This document shows positions 8,702 to 17,220 of a DNA stretch of 64,000 bases, piece by piece. Location: positions 130,924 to 194,923 of the forward strand of contig JAWKPM010000002.1 of assembly GCA_041390625.1 (NCBI GenBank). Direction: 5' to 3'. The notes beneath the pieces were generated by a model. It did not search any database and had not been told where the DNA came from. It saw only the letters and a program-made list of their open reading frames with translations. Made by a program: the position numbers and the translations under genes. Each line of letters begins with the position of its first letter. The stretch's first letter is position 1. The DNA is from Dehalococcoidia bacterium. Lineage in GTDB: Bacteria; Chloroflexota; Dehalococcoidia; UBA2979.

Positions 8702-10119
8702 GGCTGCGACTGCCCTTCGACACGCAGATCGACGCGCCCTCGCGATTCCCGACGGGCATCCGTCAGGTCATTACCCGTCCCTCGCTCCCCGGGCTGAAGC
8801 TCGCGCTGGCGGTGATGACGGTCTTCGGGCTTGTCTCGAACGTCGCGATCGGCGTGCTCGTGGCCAGCGGCGCCCTCGATGGCGAGTGGTACGACTTCCG
8901 AGACCTCGGCATCGCCGTCGGTCAGCTGCGTGAGGGCCTCGACGACCGCTTCGATCCCGCCGTCTCCTACATCGTCACGATGCTCATCGGCGGCATCGGC
9001 ATCCTGTCGCTCATCGGCGGGCTGCTCATCATTCTGCCCTGGGTGGAGCGCCGACTCCTCGCGCGCTTCCAGATCCGTCGAGGCCCGAACCGCGTCGGCC
9101 CCTTCGGCCTGCTCCAACCCCTCGCCGATGCCTTCAAGCTGATGCAGAAGGAGACGATCGTTCCGCGAGGCGCGGACCGCTTCATCTACTTCCTGCCGCC
9201 CGTGATCGTCTTCATCCCGCTGATGCTCGTCTGGGGCATCGTGCCGTGGGCCCCACGGATGGTCTACGTCGACACGAACGTCGGCGTGCTCTACCTCATC
9301 GCTGTGGGCTCACTCGCGACCCTCGCGATCTTCCTCGCGGGCTGGTCGTCGAATAACCATTACGCCCTGCTCGGTGCGATGCGCACGGTCGCGATGATGA
9401 TCTCCTACGAGATCCCGCTCTCGATCTCCTTGCTCGCGGTCGTCCTCATGTCGGGCACGATGCAGCTCTCCGGCATCGTCGAATGGCAGGCGGCCCACAA
9501 CACGTGGTTCGCATTCCTGATGCCGTTCGGCCTCTTCACTTTCTTCTTCTCGTCGACCGCCGAACTGAACCGCACGCCGAACGACATCGCCGAGGCCGAG
9601 TCCGAGATCGTCGCCGGCTTCCACACCGAGTACTCCGGCATGAAGGCCGGCCTCTACCTCGCTGTCGAGCTCGGTCACGCCGTCGCCACGGGCGCGTTCG
9701 TCAGCACGCTCTTCCTCGGTGGCTGGTCGCTCTTCGGCCTCGAGGAGTGGATTCCGCCCTACATGATTCTCGCCGGCAAGATCAGCCTCATCTACTTCGT
9801 GCTGGTCTGGCTGCGGAGCACGCTGCCGCGCTTCCGCCTGGACCAGCTCATGGCCTTCGCCTGGAAGTTCCTCATCCCGCTGTCGATCATCTACGTGCTC
9901 GTGGTGAGCCTCGAGGCGTCGATCTTCGCGAGGTGGGACGTCGAGGGGCTGATCCCGCTCGTCATCTTCGCCGTGGTCAACACCGCCCTCGCGTGGTTCC
10001 TGATCCGACGCTGGGCCGCCGTCATGGGCTACCGCCCCGGCGTCGAGCCCACGAGACCGCTCATGGCCACCGGCGTCGGCGGCCTCCGCGCCGCGCGCCA
10101 GCTGCGAGGGGACGCCTGA
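8698..10119 (+). CDS. nuoH: NADH-quinone oxidoreductase subunit H with N-terminal extension
   Basis: WVERRLLARFQIRRGPNRVGPFGLLQPLADAFKL core. ATGA overlap with nuoD. About 70 extra N-terminal residues include an additional hydrophobic helix. Confidence 0.9.
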   Translation: MRLRLPFDTQIDAPSRFPTGIRQVITRPSLPGLKLALAVMTVFGLVSNVAIGVLVASGALDGEWYDFRDLGIAVGQLREGLDDRFDPAVSYIVTMLIGGIGILSLIGGLLIILPWVERRLLARFQIRRGPNRVGPFGLLQPLADAFKLMQKETIVPRGADRFIYFLPPVIVFIPLMLVWGIVPWAPRMVYVDTNVGVLYLIAVGSLATLAIFLAGWSSNNHYALLGAMRTVAMMISYEIPLSISLLAVVLMSGTMQLSGIVEWQAAHNTWFAFLMPFGLFTFFFSSTAELNRTPNDIAEAESEIVAGFHTEYSGMKAGLYLAVELGHAVATGAFVSTLFLGGWSLFGLEEWIPPYMILAGKISLIYFVLVWLRSTLPRFRLDQLMAFAWKFLIPLSIIYVLVVSLEASIFARWDVEGLIPLVIFAVVNTALAWFLIRRWAAVMGYRPGVEPTRPLMATGVGGLRAARQLRGDA

Positions 10120-10658
10120 TGGAGTCCCTCGGCATCATCGCCGGCTTCTGGATCCTCTCGGGCGTGACCGTCGGTGCCTCGCTCGCGGTCTTCGCGGTCC
10201 GCAATCTGCTGCACGCCGTCGTCTTCCTCATCCTCGCCTTCGTGGGCATGGCCGGGCTCTTCATCACCCTGTCGGCGGACTTCCTCGCCGTCGCGCAGTT
10301 GCTGATCTACGCCGGTGCCATCTCGGTGCTGCTCGTCTTCGCCGTGATGCTCACGCCGATGGCGAACCGCGACAACGCGAACTCGCTCTACATGCTGCCC
10401 GGCGGCGCATTCGCCCTCGCCTTCGCCACCATCGTCGCGTTCGTCGCCATCGAGGTGGACTGGAGCCAGCTCCGAGGCGACGCCCTGAACGGCCGCAACT
10501 TCTCGACGACCGTCGGCGACGTCGGCCAGGCCCTCCTCGGCCCGCACGTCCTCGCTTTCGAGATCGCCTCGGTGCTGCTGCTCGCCGCCCTCGTCGGCGC
10601 CATCGTGCTGGTGCACGAGGACGAGCGCGCACCCGAGGACCGAGGGGAGGCAGCGTGA
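10119..10658 (+). CDS. nuoJ: NADH-quinone oxidoreductase subunit J
   Basis: MESLGIIAGFWILSG...AQLLIYAGAISVLLVFAVML. The ATG overlaps the nuoH stop (TGATG), leaving no room for nuoI. Confidence 0.9.
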   Translation: MESLGIIAGFWILSGVTVGASLAVFAVRNLLHAVVFLILAFVGMAGLFITLSADFLAVAQLLIYAGAISVLLVFAVMLTPMANRDNANSLYMLPGGAFALAFATIVAFVAIEVDWSQLRGDALNGRNFSTTVGDVGQALLGPHVLAFEIASVLLLAALVGAIVLVHEDERAPEDRGEAA

Positions 10659-11017
10659 ACCTCGCCAGTTCGCCCCTCGCCACCATCGATGGCCTGAGCG
10701 TGACGCTCGAGCACTACCTCGTCGTCTCCGGCGTGGTGTTCGCGATTGGCATCGCGATCGCCCTCTCGAAGCGCAACGCCATCGCCGTCCTCATGGGCGT
10801 CGAGTTGATGCTGAACGCGGTGAACCTGACGTTCGTGGCGTTCACCCGCTTCTCCCAGAACGCCGACAACGCGTCAGTCCTCGCCGGACACGTCTTCGTT
10901 GTCTTCGTCCTCACCGTCGCGGCCGCCGAGGCCGCCGTAGCGCTCGCGATGGCCGTCCTCGTCTACCGCCGCCGCGAGACCGTCGACCTCGACCGCCTGA
11001 ACCTGTTGCGCTGGTAA
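10655..11017 (+). CDS. nuoK: NADH-quinone oxidoreductase subunit K
   Basis: LMGVELMLNAVNLTFVAF motif. 120 aa. GTGA overlap with nuoJ. Confidence 0.9.
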   Translation: MNLASSPLATIDGLSVTLEHYLVVSGVVFAIGIAIALSKRNAIAVLMGVELMLNAVNLTFVAFTRFSQNADNASVLAGHVFVVFVLTVAAAEAAVALAMAVLVYRRRETVDLDRLNLLRW

Positions 11018-11030
11018 GGGGCGAACGAGG

Positions 11031-11219
11031 ATGTGGACCAAGTTCATGGACGTCCCCAACGGCTACGCCGCCGAGGTCTGGCGCGAGCTCTTCCGCGCCG
11101 AGGCCGTCTCCGTCCAGGTCGTCCCGCCCATCGAGGTGGGCTCGATGCAGACCGCCCGCGAGATCTGGGTGCCCAACGGCAAGACCCACGTCGCCCGCGA
11201 AGTGCTGAACAAGATCTAG
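11031..11219 (+). CDS. Small soluble protein embedded in the nuo operon (DUF2007-like pattern)
   Basis: 62 aa with no TM segment, same strand, 13 nt after nuoK and 6 nt before nuoL. The pattern FMDV.NGYAAEVWRELF...IWVP....VAREVL resembles small PII-fold DUF2007 proteins. Confidence 0.55.
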   Translation: MWTKFMDVPNGYAAEVWRELFRAEAVSVQVVPPIEVGSMQTAREIWVPNGKTHVAREVLNKI

Positions 11220-11225
11220 GGGCCC

Positions 11226-13172
11226 ATGCCGGAGATTCCTGAAGCCGCCGTCTGGGCGATCTACTTCTCGCCGGTCACCTCGTTCGTGGTGATCTCGGCC
11301 TTCCTGCGCAAGCAGCCGCTCCGCGCCGGCCAGCTCACCATTGCCGCCGTCGGCCTCTCGTGGCTCCTCGGCCTCTGGGCGCTCACCAGCTCCCTCGATG
11401 TCGATGGCGCGGCGCTCGACTTCCACCCGCACCTGTGGGCGCACATCTTCGACTTCGAGGTCTCGTTCGGCGTCACACTCGACGGCCTGTCATCGATGAT
11501 GGTCGTCGTCGTCACGAGCATCTCGCTGCTCGTGCAGATCTACTCGACCGGGTACATGCACGGCGACACGGGCTACGCCCGCTACTACGCCTACATGTCG
11601 CTCTTCACCGCGGCGATGCTCGGCCTCGTGCTCGCCTCCAGCCTCCTCCAGCTCTTCATCCACTGGGAGATGGTGGGCGTCTCGTCCTACCTGCTCATCG
11701 GCTTCTGGTTCCACCGCCCGTCGGCCGCAGCTGCTGCGAAGAAGGCGTTCATCGTCACCCGCTTTGGCGACTTCGGCTTCATGCTCGCGGTCATCCTCGC
11801 CTGGACGAAGACCGGCGTGTTCGACATCCACGAGCTGAACGAGCTGGCCGAGCTTGGTGAGATCTCGGGCGCCGTCCTCTCCGGCATGACCCTCGGGATG
11901 TTGATGGGCGTCATCGGCAAGTCCGCCCAGTTCCCGCTACACATCTGGCTGCCGGACGCCATGGAGGGCCCGACCCCGGTTTCCGCCCTCATCCACGCTG
12001 CCACGATGGTCGTCGCCGGCGTCTACCTCATCTCGAGGTTCTTCCCGACCTTCCACGCTGCTCCCGACGGCGTCCTCACGACGGTCGCCTACGTCGGTGG
12101 ATTCACCGCCATCTTCGCCGCCTCGATCGGCATGGTGGTCACCGATGTCAAACGTGTGCTCGCCTACTCGACGATCTCGCAGCTGGGCTACATGGTGATG
12201 GCGTTGGGCCTCGGCGGGTACGTGGCCGCGGTGTTCCACCTGTTCACGCACGCCTTCTTCAAGGCCCTGCTCTTCCTCGGCTCCGGCTCGGTGAACCACG
12301 CCACGAACACCTTCGACATGCGGCTCATGGGCGGCCTGCGCAAATCGATGCCGATCACGTTCTGGACGTTCATCGTCGGCTCGCTCGCCCTGTCGGGTGT
12401 CTTCCCCTTCGCCGGCTTCTGGTCGAAGGACGAGATCCTGATCGACGCCTGGAACGAGGACAAGATCCTCTGGGTCGTGGGCACGCTCGTCGCGGGCATG
12501 ACCGCCTTCTACATGTTCCGCGCCATCTTCATGACCTTCTTCGGCGAGTATCGAGGCGGGGCCGAGCCCGAGCCGGGCCACGGCTCATCCGAGGGTGCAC
12601 ACCACGGCCCCCACGAGTCGCCTCCATCGATGTGGGTGCCGCTCGCCATCCTTGCCGTGCCGGCCACGATCATCGGGTTCGTCAACGTCGGCGGCGACTT
12701 CGGCACCTGGGTCGAAGGCGCGCTTCCCGAGGCACTGCACCACGGCAAGCCGGCCACCGAGGCGGTCGTGCTCGTGACCTCGACCGGCATGGCCCTCGGT
12801 GGCATCGCGCTCGCCGCTGCCATCTACTGGGCCGGCGTCGTCAGCCCGGAGGCGCTGCGGCAGCGCTTCGGCCCCGTCCATCGAGTCATCGACAACAAGT
12901 ACTACATGGACACGATCGCCGAGGACTACATCGTCCGCGGCTTCCTCATCCGAGGCTTCGGCCGCGTCCTTCAGCTCTTCGACACGTACGTCGTCGATGG
13001 CGTGGTGAACGGCATCGCGTTTGCGACCCGGACTGCCGGGGACATCCTGCGCCGGTCGGAGTCCGGTCAGCCGCAGGCGTACACCTCTGCGATCTTCCTC
13101 GGCGTCGTCGTTGCCGCCGGGGCACTGTTTGTCCTCGCCGGTGACGCGCTCGAGATCCTGGGGCTGCAGTAA
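11226..13172 (+). CDS. nuoL: NADH-quinone oxidoreductase subunit L
   Basis: 648 aa Mrp-antiporter-like subunit (WLPDAMEGPTPVSALIHAATMV) with a C-terminal lateral-helix region. Confidence 0.9.
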   Translation: MPEIPEAAVWAIYFSPVTSFVVISAFLRKQPLRAGQLTIAAVGLSWLLGLWALTSSLDVDGAALDFHPHLWAHIFDFEVSFGVTLDGLSSMMVVVVTSISLLVQIYSTGYMHGDTGYARYYAYMSLFTAAMLGLVLASSLLQLFIHWEMVGVSSYLLIGFWFHRPSAAAAAKKAFIVTRFGDFGFMLAVILAWTKTGVFDIHELNELAELGEISGAVLSGMTLGMLMGVIGKSAQFPLHIWLPDAMEGPTPVSALIHAATMVVAGVYLISRFFPTFHAAPDGVLTTVAYVGGFTAIFAASIGMVVTDVKRVLAYSTISQLGYMVMALGLGGYVAAVFHLFTHAFFKALLFLGSGSVNHATNTFDMRLMGGLRKSMPITFWTFIVGSLALSGVFPFAGFWSKDEILIDAWNEDKILWVVGTLVAGMTAFYMFRAIFMTFFGEYRGGAEPEPGHGSSEGAHHGPHESPPSMWVPLAILAVPATIIGFVNVGGDFGTWVEGALPEALHHGKPATEAVVLVTSTGMALGGIALAAAIYWAGVVSPEALRQRFGPVHRVIDNKYYMDTIAEDYIVRGFLIRGFGRVLQLFDTYVVDGVVNGIAFATRTAGDILRRSESGQPQAYTSAIFLGVVVAAGALFVLAGDALEILGLQ

Positions 13173-14644
13173 TGCTGACGACGTTCCTGCTCCTCCCGGC
13201 CGTCGGCGCCGCCATCCTCCTGCTCCTGCCCGAGGACGAGCGCATCAAGCCGAGGCAGATCGCGCTGATCTTCTCCGGCCTCGCCTTCGCCGTCTCGATC
13301 GCCGTGTTTGTGATGTTCGATACGTCCGTCGAGGGCTACCAGTTCGTCGACCGCTTCGAGTGGATCAAGGCCGGCGACGTCGGCTTCTCCGTCCAGTACG
13401 TCCTCGGTGTCGACGGCCTGTCCGCGCCGATGGTGCTGCTGACCGGGTTGCTGTCCGTGGCCTCGGTGCTCGTCTCCTGGAACGTGGAACTGCGGCCGCG
13501 CCAGTACTTCGCGATGCTCCTCCTGCTGGAGACCGCCGTCGCCGGCGTATTCATGTCGCTCGACCTCATCCAGTTCTTCTTCTTCTGGGAGCTCGAGCTG
13601 CTGCCGATGTACCTCCTGATCTCGATCTGGGGGTCCGGCCGCAAGGAATACTCGGCGATGAAGTTCCTGCTCTACACCATCGCCGGCTCGGCGCTCATGG
13701 TGGTGGGCTTCCTCCTCGTTGGTCTCTCGGCCGGCACCTTCGACATCGAGGCGCTGACCGCCTCGCCGCCCGCCGACATGCTGATCCCCGCCGGCGCCGT
13801 CTTCTGGCTCATCATGGCCGCCTTCCTCGTGAAGCTGCCGGTCTTCCCCGTGCACACGTGGCTGCCCGACGCCCACACCGACGCGCCGACCGCGGTCTCC
13901 GTGATGCTCGCTGGTGTGCTCCTGAAGATGGGCGGCTACGGCATGCTGCGCATCGCCGTGCCGCTGCTGCCGCAGCAGGCCCAGGACTTCAAGGTGCTGC
14001 TCGCCGCGATCGCCGGCTTCTCGGTCATCTACGGTGCGGTGCTCACGCTGCAGCAGAAGGACCTCAAGCGCCTCGTGGCGTACTCGTCCGTGTCGCACAT
14101 GGGCTACGTGCTGCTCGGCGTCGCGGCCCTCGAGTCCGTCTCGATGTCCGGCGCGGCGCTCCAGATGTTCACCCACGGCACGATCACCGGCCTCCTCTTC
14201 ATCATGGTGGGCCTGGTCTACGACCGCGCTCACACGAGGCAGATCGCGGACCTCTCCGGCCTCATGCACCACATGCCGCTCATCGGCGTGGTGATGCTGC
14301 TCGCCGGCCTCGCGTCGCTCGGCCTCCCGACGATGTCAGGCTTCGTCGCCGAGCTCACGGTGTTCATCGGCTCGCTGCAGGTGCATCCCGCGGCGACCAT
14401 CGCCGCCGTCTTCGGCGTCGTGCTCGCCGCCGGCTACATCCTCTGGATGGTCGAGCGCGTCTTCGTCGGCCCGCCCTCCGAGCGCTGGGCCCACCTGCCT
14501 GACGCCACCGAGTGGTGGGAGCGCACCGCCATGGCCGGCATGCTCGTCGCGATCTTCGGCGTCGGCCTCTACCCGCAGGTGCTGATGCGTGTCGTCGAGA
14601 GTGGCATCGAGCCCATCGCTGCGATCGTGGGAGCCGCCGGATGA
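13172..14644 (+). CDS. nuoM: NADH-quinone oxidoreductase subunit M
   Basis: 490 aa. HTWLPDAHTDAPTAVSVMLAGVLLKMGGYG. The start overlaps the nuoL stop (TAATG). Confidence 0.9.
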   Translation: MLTTFLLLPAVGAAILLLLPEDERIKPRQIALIFSGLAFAVSIAVFVMFDTSVEGYQFVDRFEWIKAGDVGFSVQYVLGVDGLSAPMVLLTGLLSVASVLVSWNVELRPRQYFAMLLLLETAVAGVFMSLDLIQFFFFWELELLPMYLLISIWGSGRKEYSAMKFLLYTIAGSALMVVGFLLVGLSAGTFDIEALTASPPADMLIPAGAVFWLIMAAFLVKLPVFPVHTWLPDAHTDAPTAVSVMLAGVLLKMGGYGMLRIAVPLLPQQAQDFKVLLAAIAGFSVIYGAVLTLQQKDLKRLVAYSSVSHMGYVLLGVAALESVSMSGAALQMFTHGTITGLLFIMVGLVYDRAHTRQIADLSGLMHHMPLIGVVMLLAGLASLGLPTMSGFVAELTVFIGSLQVHPAATIAAVFGVVLAAGYILWMVERVFVGPPSERWAHLPDATEWWERTAMAGMLVAIFGVGLYPQVLMRVVESGIEPIAAIVGAAG

Positions 14645-16101
14645 GCACCTGGGACAGCATCCACCTCATCGGCCCCGCGCTGACGCTGTACATCGGCGCC
14701 GGCGTCGTCCTCCTCGCGGACACCGTCAATCGAGGCGCGCCGGCCCGCCAGATCACCCTCCTCGCGATCGGGATCGCCGCCCTGTACGCCGTCTGGCACG
14801 CGATGACCGGCTCCGACTCGACCGCCTTCAGTGGCGTCGTGATCATGGACAAGTTCGCGCTGTTCTTCGCCTTCCTCCTCGTGACCGTCGCCGCGGCCGT
14901 CGTCATCGCCGCCGGGGAGTGGGCAGCGAGGCTCGAGCAAGCCGGCGAGTTCTACGCGCTCCTGCTCACCTCGACCGCCTCGATGGTGCTGCTGGCGCAG
15001 GGCTACGACCTCATCCTCATCTTCGTCGCCCTCGAGACGACGTCGGTCGCGCAGTTCATCCTGGCCGGCATCGGCCGCGACGGGCGCTCATCCGAGGCCG
15101 GTCTGAAGTACCTGCTGACCGGTGCGGTCTCGGCCGCCGTGCTGCTCTACGGCTTCGCGTTCCTGTTCGGCCTCTCGGGCACGACCTCCCTCGAGGGCAT
15201 TGGCGCCTACGTGCAGTCCGGCCCCGAGGACGCGCGCCTCGCGCTGCTCTTGGCCTTCGTGCTGATGGCCGCCGGCTTCGGCTTCAAGATGGCGATCGTG
15301 CCCTTCCACGCCTGGGTGCCGGACGTCTACCAGGGCGCGCCGACGGTCGTGACCTCGTTCCTCTCCGTCGCCTCGAAGGCGGCCGGCTTCGCCATCGTGC
15401 TCCGCGTCTTCTACGTTGGCCTCGGCGGCTCGGATACGTTCATCTCGCAGGACTGGGCTGTCCTCTTCGGCGTGTTCGCCGCCGTCTCGATGACGTTCGG
15501 GAACGTCGCCGCTATCCTCCAGACCGATGTGAAGCGCCTGCTCGGCTACTCGTCGATCGCGCAGGCCGGCAACATCGCCGTCGGCCTCGCCGCCGTCGCC
15601 GCGGGTAGCACGACGGGGCCTTCGGGTGTGCTGTTCTTCCTCGGCACCTACGCCGCGACGAACCTCGGCGCGTTCATCGCCATCATCGCCATCTCACAGC
15701 GCATCGGCTCCGATGACATCAAGGACTACGCGGGCCTGATGCGTCGTTCGCCGTGGCTCGCCGGCATCCTCACGCTGTGCCTCCTCTCGCTCACGGGCAT
15801 CCCGCCCACCGCGGGCTTCCTCGCGAAGATCTACATCTTCAACAGCGCGATTCAGACCGGCGAGAACTGGCTCGTGGCCGTCGTGGTGGTCGCCGTCTTC
15901 AACACGGCCATCTCCGCCTACTACTACCTGCGCTGGGCGCGCACGATGGTCATGGACGAGCCCGCCGATGCCTCGGGCGTCCGCGTGACGGCGCCGATCC
16001 AGGGCTTGCTCGCGCTCGCGGCGGTCGGTGTGCTGTTCTTCGGCCTCGTGCCCACACCGCTCATCGACGCCGCTCAGCGCGCCGCCGGCGCCCTCCAGTA
16101 G
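14641..16101 (+). CDS. nuoN: NADH-quinone oxidoreductase subunit N
   Basis: MSTWDSIHLIGPALTLY...FHAWVPDVYQGAPTVVTSFLS. ATGA overlap with nuoM. Confidence 0.9.
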   Translation: MSTWDSIHLIGPALTLYIGAGVVLLADTVNRGAPARQITLLAIGIAALYAVWHAMTGSDSTAFSGVVIMDKFALFFAFLLVTVAAAVVIAAGEWAARLEQAGEFYALLLTSTASMVLLAQGYDLILIFVALETTSVAQFILAGIGRDGRSSEAGLKYLLTGAVSAAVLLYGFAFLFGLSGTTSLEGIGAYVQSGPEDARLALLLAFVLMAAGFGFKMAIVPFHAWVPDVYQGAPTVVTSFLSVASKAAGFAIVLRVFYVGLGGSDTFISQDWAVLFGVFAAVSMTFGNVAAILQTDVKRLLGYSSIAQAGNIAVGLAAVAAGSTTGPSGVLFFLGTYAATNLGAFIAIIAISQRIGSDDIKDYAGLMRRSPWLAGILTLCLLSLTGIPPTAGFLAKIYIFNSAIQTGENWLVAVVVVAVFNTAISAYYYLRWARTMVMDEPADASGVRVTAPIQGLLALAAVGVLFFGLVPTPLIDAAQRAAGALQ

Positions 16102-16120
16102 CCTTCAGCCGCGGTCGCTT

Positions 16121-16152
16121 CATCGAGGTTGCGCGCCGCGCTAACCTCGATG
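16121..16152 (+). promoter_or_regulatory. Hairpin after nuoN that contains the ybeY ATG
   Basis: CATCGAGGTT - 12 nt - AACCTCGATG, a 10-bp perfect stem. The ATG at 16150..16152 forms the 3' end of the stem. Confidence 0.4.
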
Positions 16153-16674
16153 CGTGAGCAACCCATCGTGAGCTACGAAGTCCTGATCGAGCTCGAGCCG
16201 GCCGAGGCCGGCGACGTCGCTGCCGATGTCGTCGATGCCCTGCACGCCGTGTGCATCGACCTCCTCGCCGCCGAGGACGCCGACCCCGCGACCGAGCTCA
16301 CCATCGTCCTCAGTGGCGACCACCGCCTGCAGGCCTTGAACCGCGAGCATCGAGGCGTGGATTCGGCCACCGACGTGCTCTCGTTCCCGGCCGACGAGGG
16401 TGAGCCAATGCCCGGCGTCATCCTCGAGGACGAGACGATGCGTACGCACTACCTCGGCGACATCGCCATCTCCGTGCCGACCGCACAACGCCAGGCGACC
16501 GAGGCCGGACTCTCCCTCGAGGACGAGCTCAGCCACCTCGTGATCCACGGGCTCCTCCACCTGCTCGGCTACGACCACGAGACCGACGAGGAAGAGGCCG
16601 CGATGCGCGCCCTCGAGGAAGCCGTCCTCGGTACGCAGATCCACGCCTCGGGCGCCCACTCCCACGAAGCCTAG
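16150..16674 (+). CDS. ybeY: rRNA maturation RNase YbeY
   Basis: HLVIHGLLHLLGYDHETDEE zinc motif. Alternative starts are TTG 16129 and GTG 16168. Confidence 0.9.
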   Translation: MREQPIVSYEVLIELEPAEAGDVAADVVDALHAVCIDLLAAEDADPATELTIVLSGDHRLQALNREHRGVDSATDVLSFPADEGEPMPGVILEDETMRTHYLGDIAISVPTAQRQATEAGLSLEDELSHLVIHGLLHLLGYDHETDEEEAAMRALEEAVLGTQIHASGAHSHEA

Positions 16675-16684
16675 GGTCGAGGCG

Positions 16685-17164
16685 CTATCGAGCGTCCGGT
16701 TCGGGCAGTGAGGCGAGCGCGTCGCCCACGATGACGCCCGTGGCGACCGAGCCCTCGTCCCGAGGATCGAGGGCGACGACGATGTTCTCGCGACGCGCGA
16801 CCCACATCTCACCGTCGAAGCACCCGAGGTAACGCTCGAGCCCGTCGTCGTTCACGCTGCCTGGGACGGGACCGTTCGAGTCCCACACCTGCGCGGCGCC
16901 CGCGCTCGACTCATACACCCACAACGCGAGCGATGCCTGGCTGCCCTCGTAGCGCACGGGGCCCGCCGGCGTGTGGTTCCAGCATTCGGTCTCCGAGCCC
17001 GCCATCGAGTACGAGAGTCCCCGTTGTTCGAGGACGCCCAGCACGTCCTCCGCGGTGTAGGGCCCCGGATCGTTCGCCGTCTGGTCCTCGTCGGCGCATG
17101 CACCGCCCGCGACCGCCACGGCGACGAGCCCGAGAACGAGGACGATGCTTCGCAACCGGATCAT
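16685..17164 (-). CDS. Secreted / lipoprotein-like hypothetical protein
   Basis: MIRLRSIVLVLGLVAVAVAGGAC signal sequence with Cys. Start moved to the ATG at 17164. The longer ORF-track N-terminus is Arg-rich shadow. Confidence 0.6.
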   Translation of the reverse strand: MIRLRSIVLVLGLVAVAVAGGACADEDQTANDPGPYTAEDVLGVLEQRGLSYSMAGSETECWNHTPAGPVRYEGSQASLALWVYESSAGAAQVWDSNGPVPGSVNDDGLERYLGCFDGEMWVARRENIVVALDPRDEGSVATGVIVGDALASLPEPDAR

Positions 17165-17220
17165 GGCCGCGAGTCTAGTGCCCGTGGCGATCATCGACGC
17201 GGCGGCGCTACCCTGCGCGC

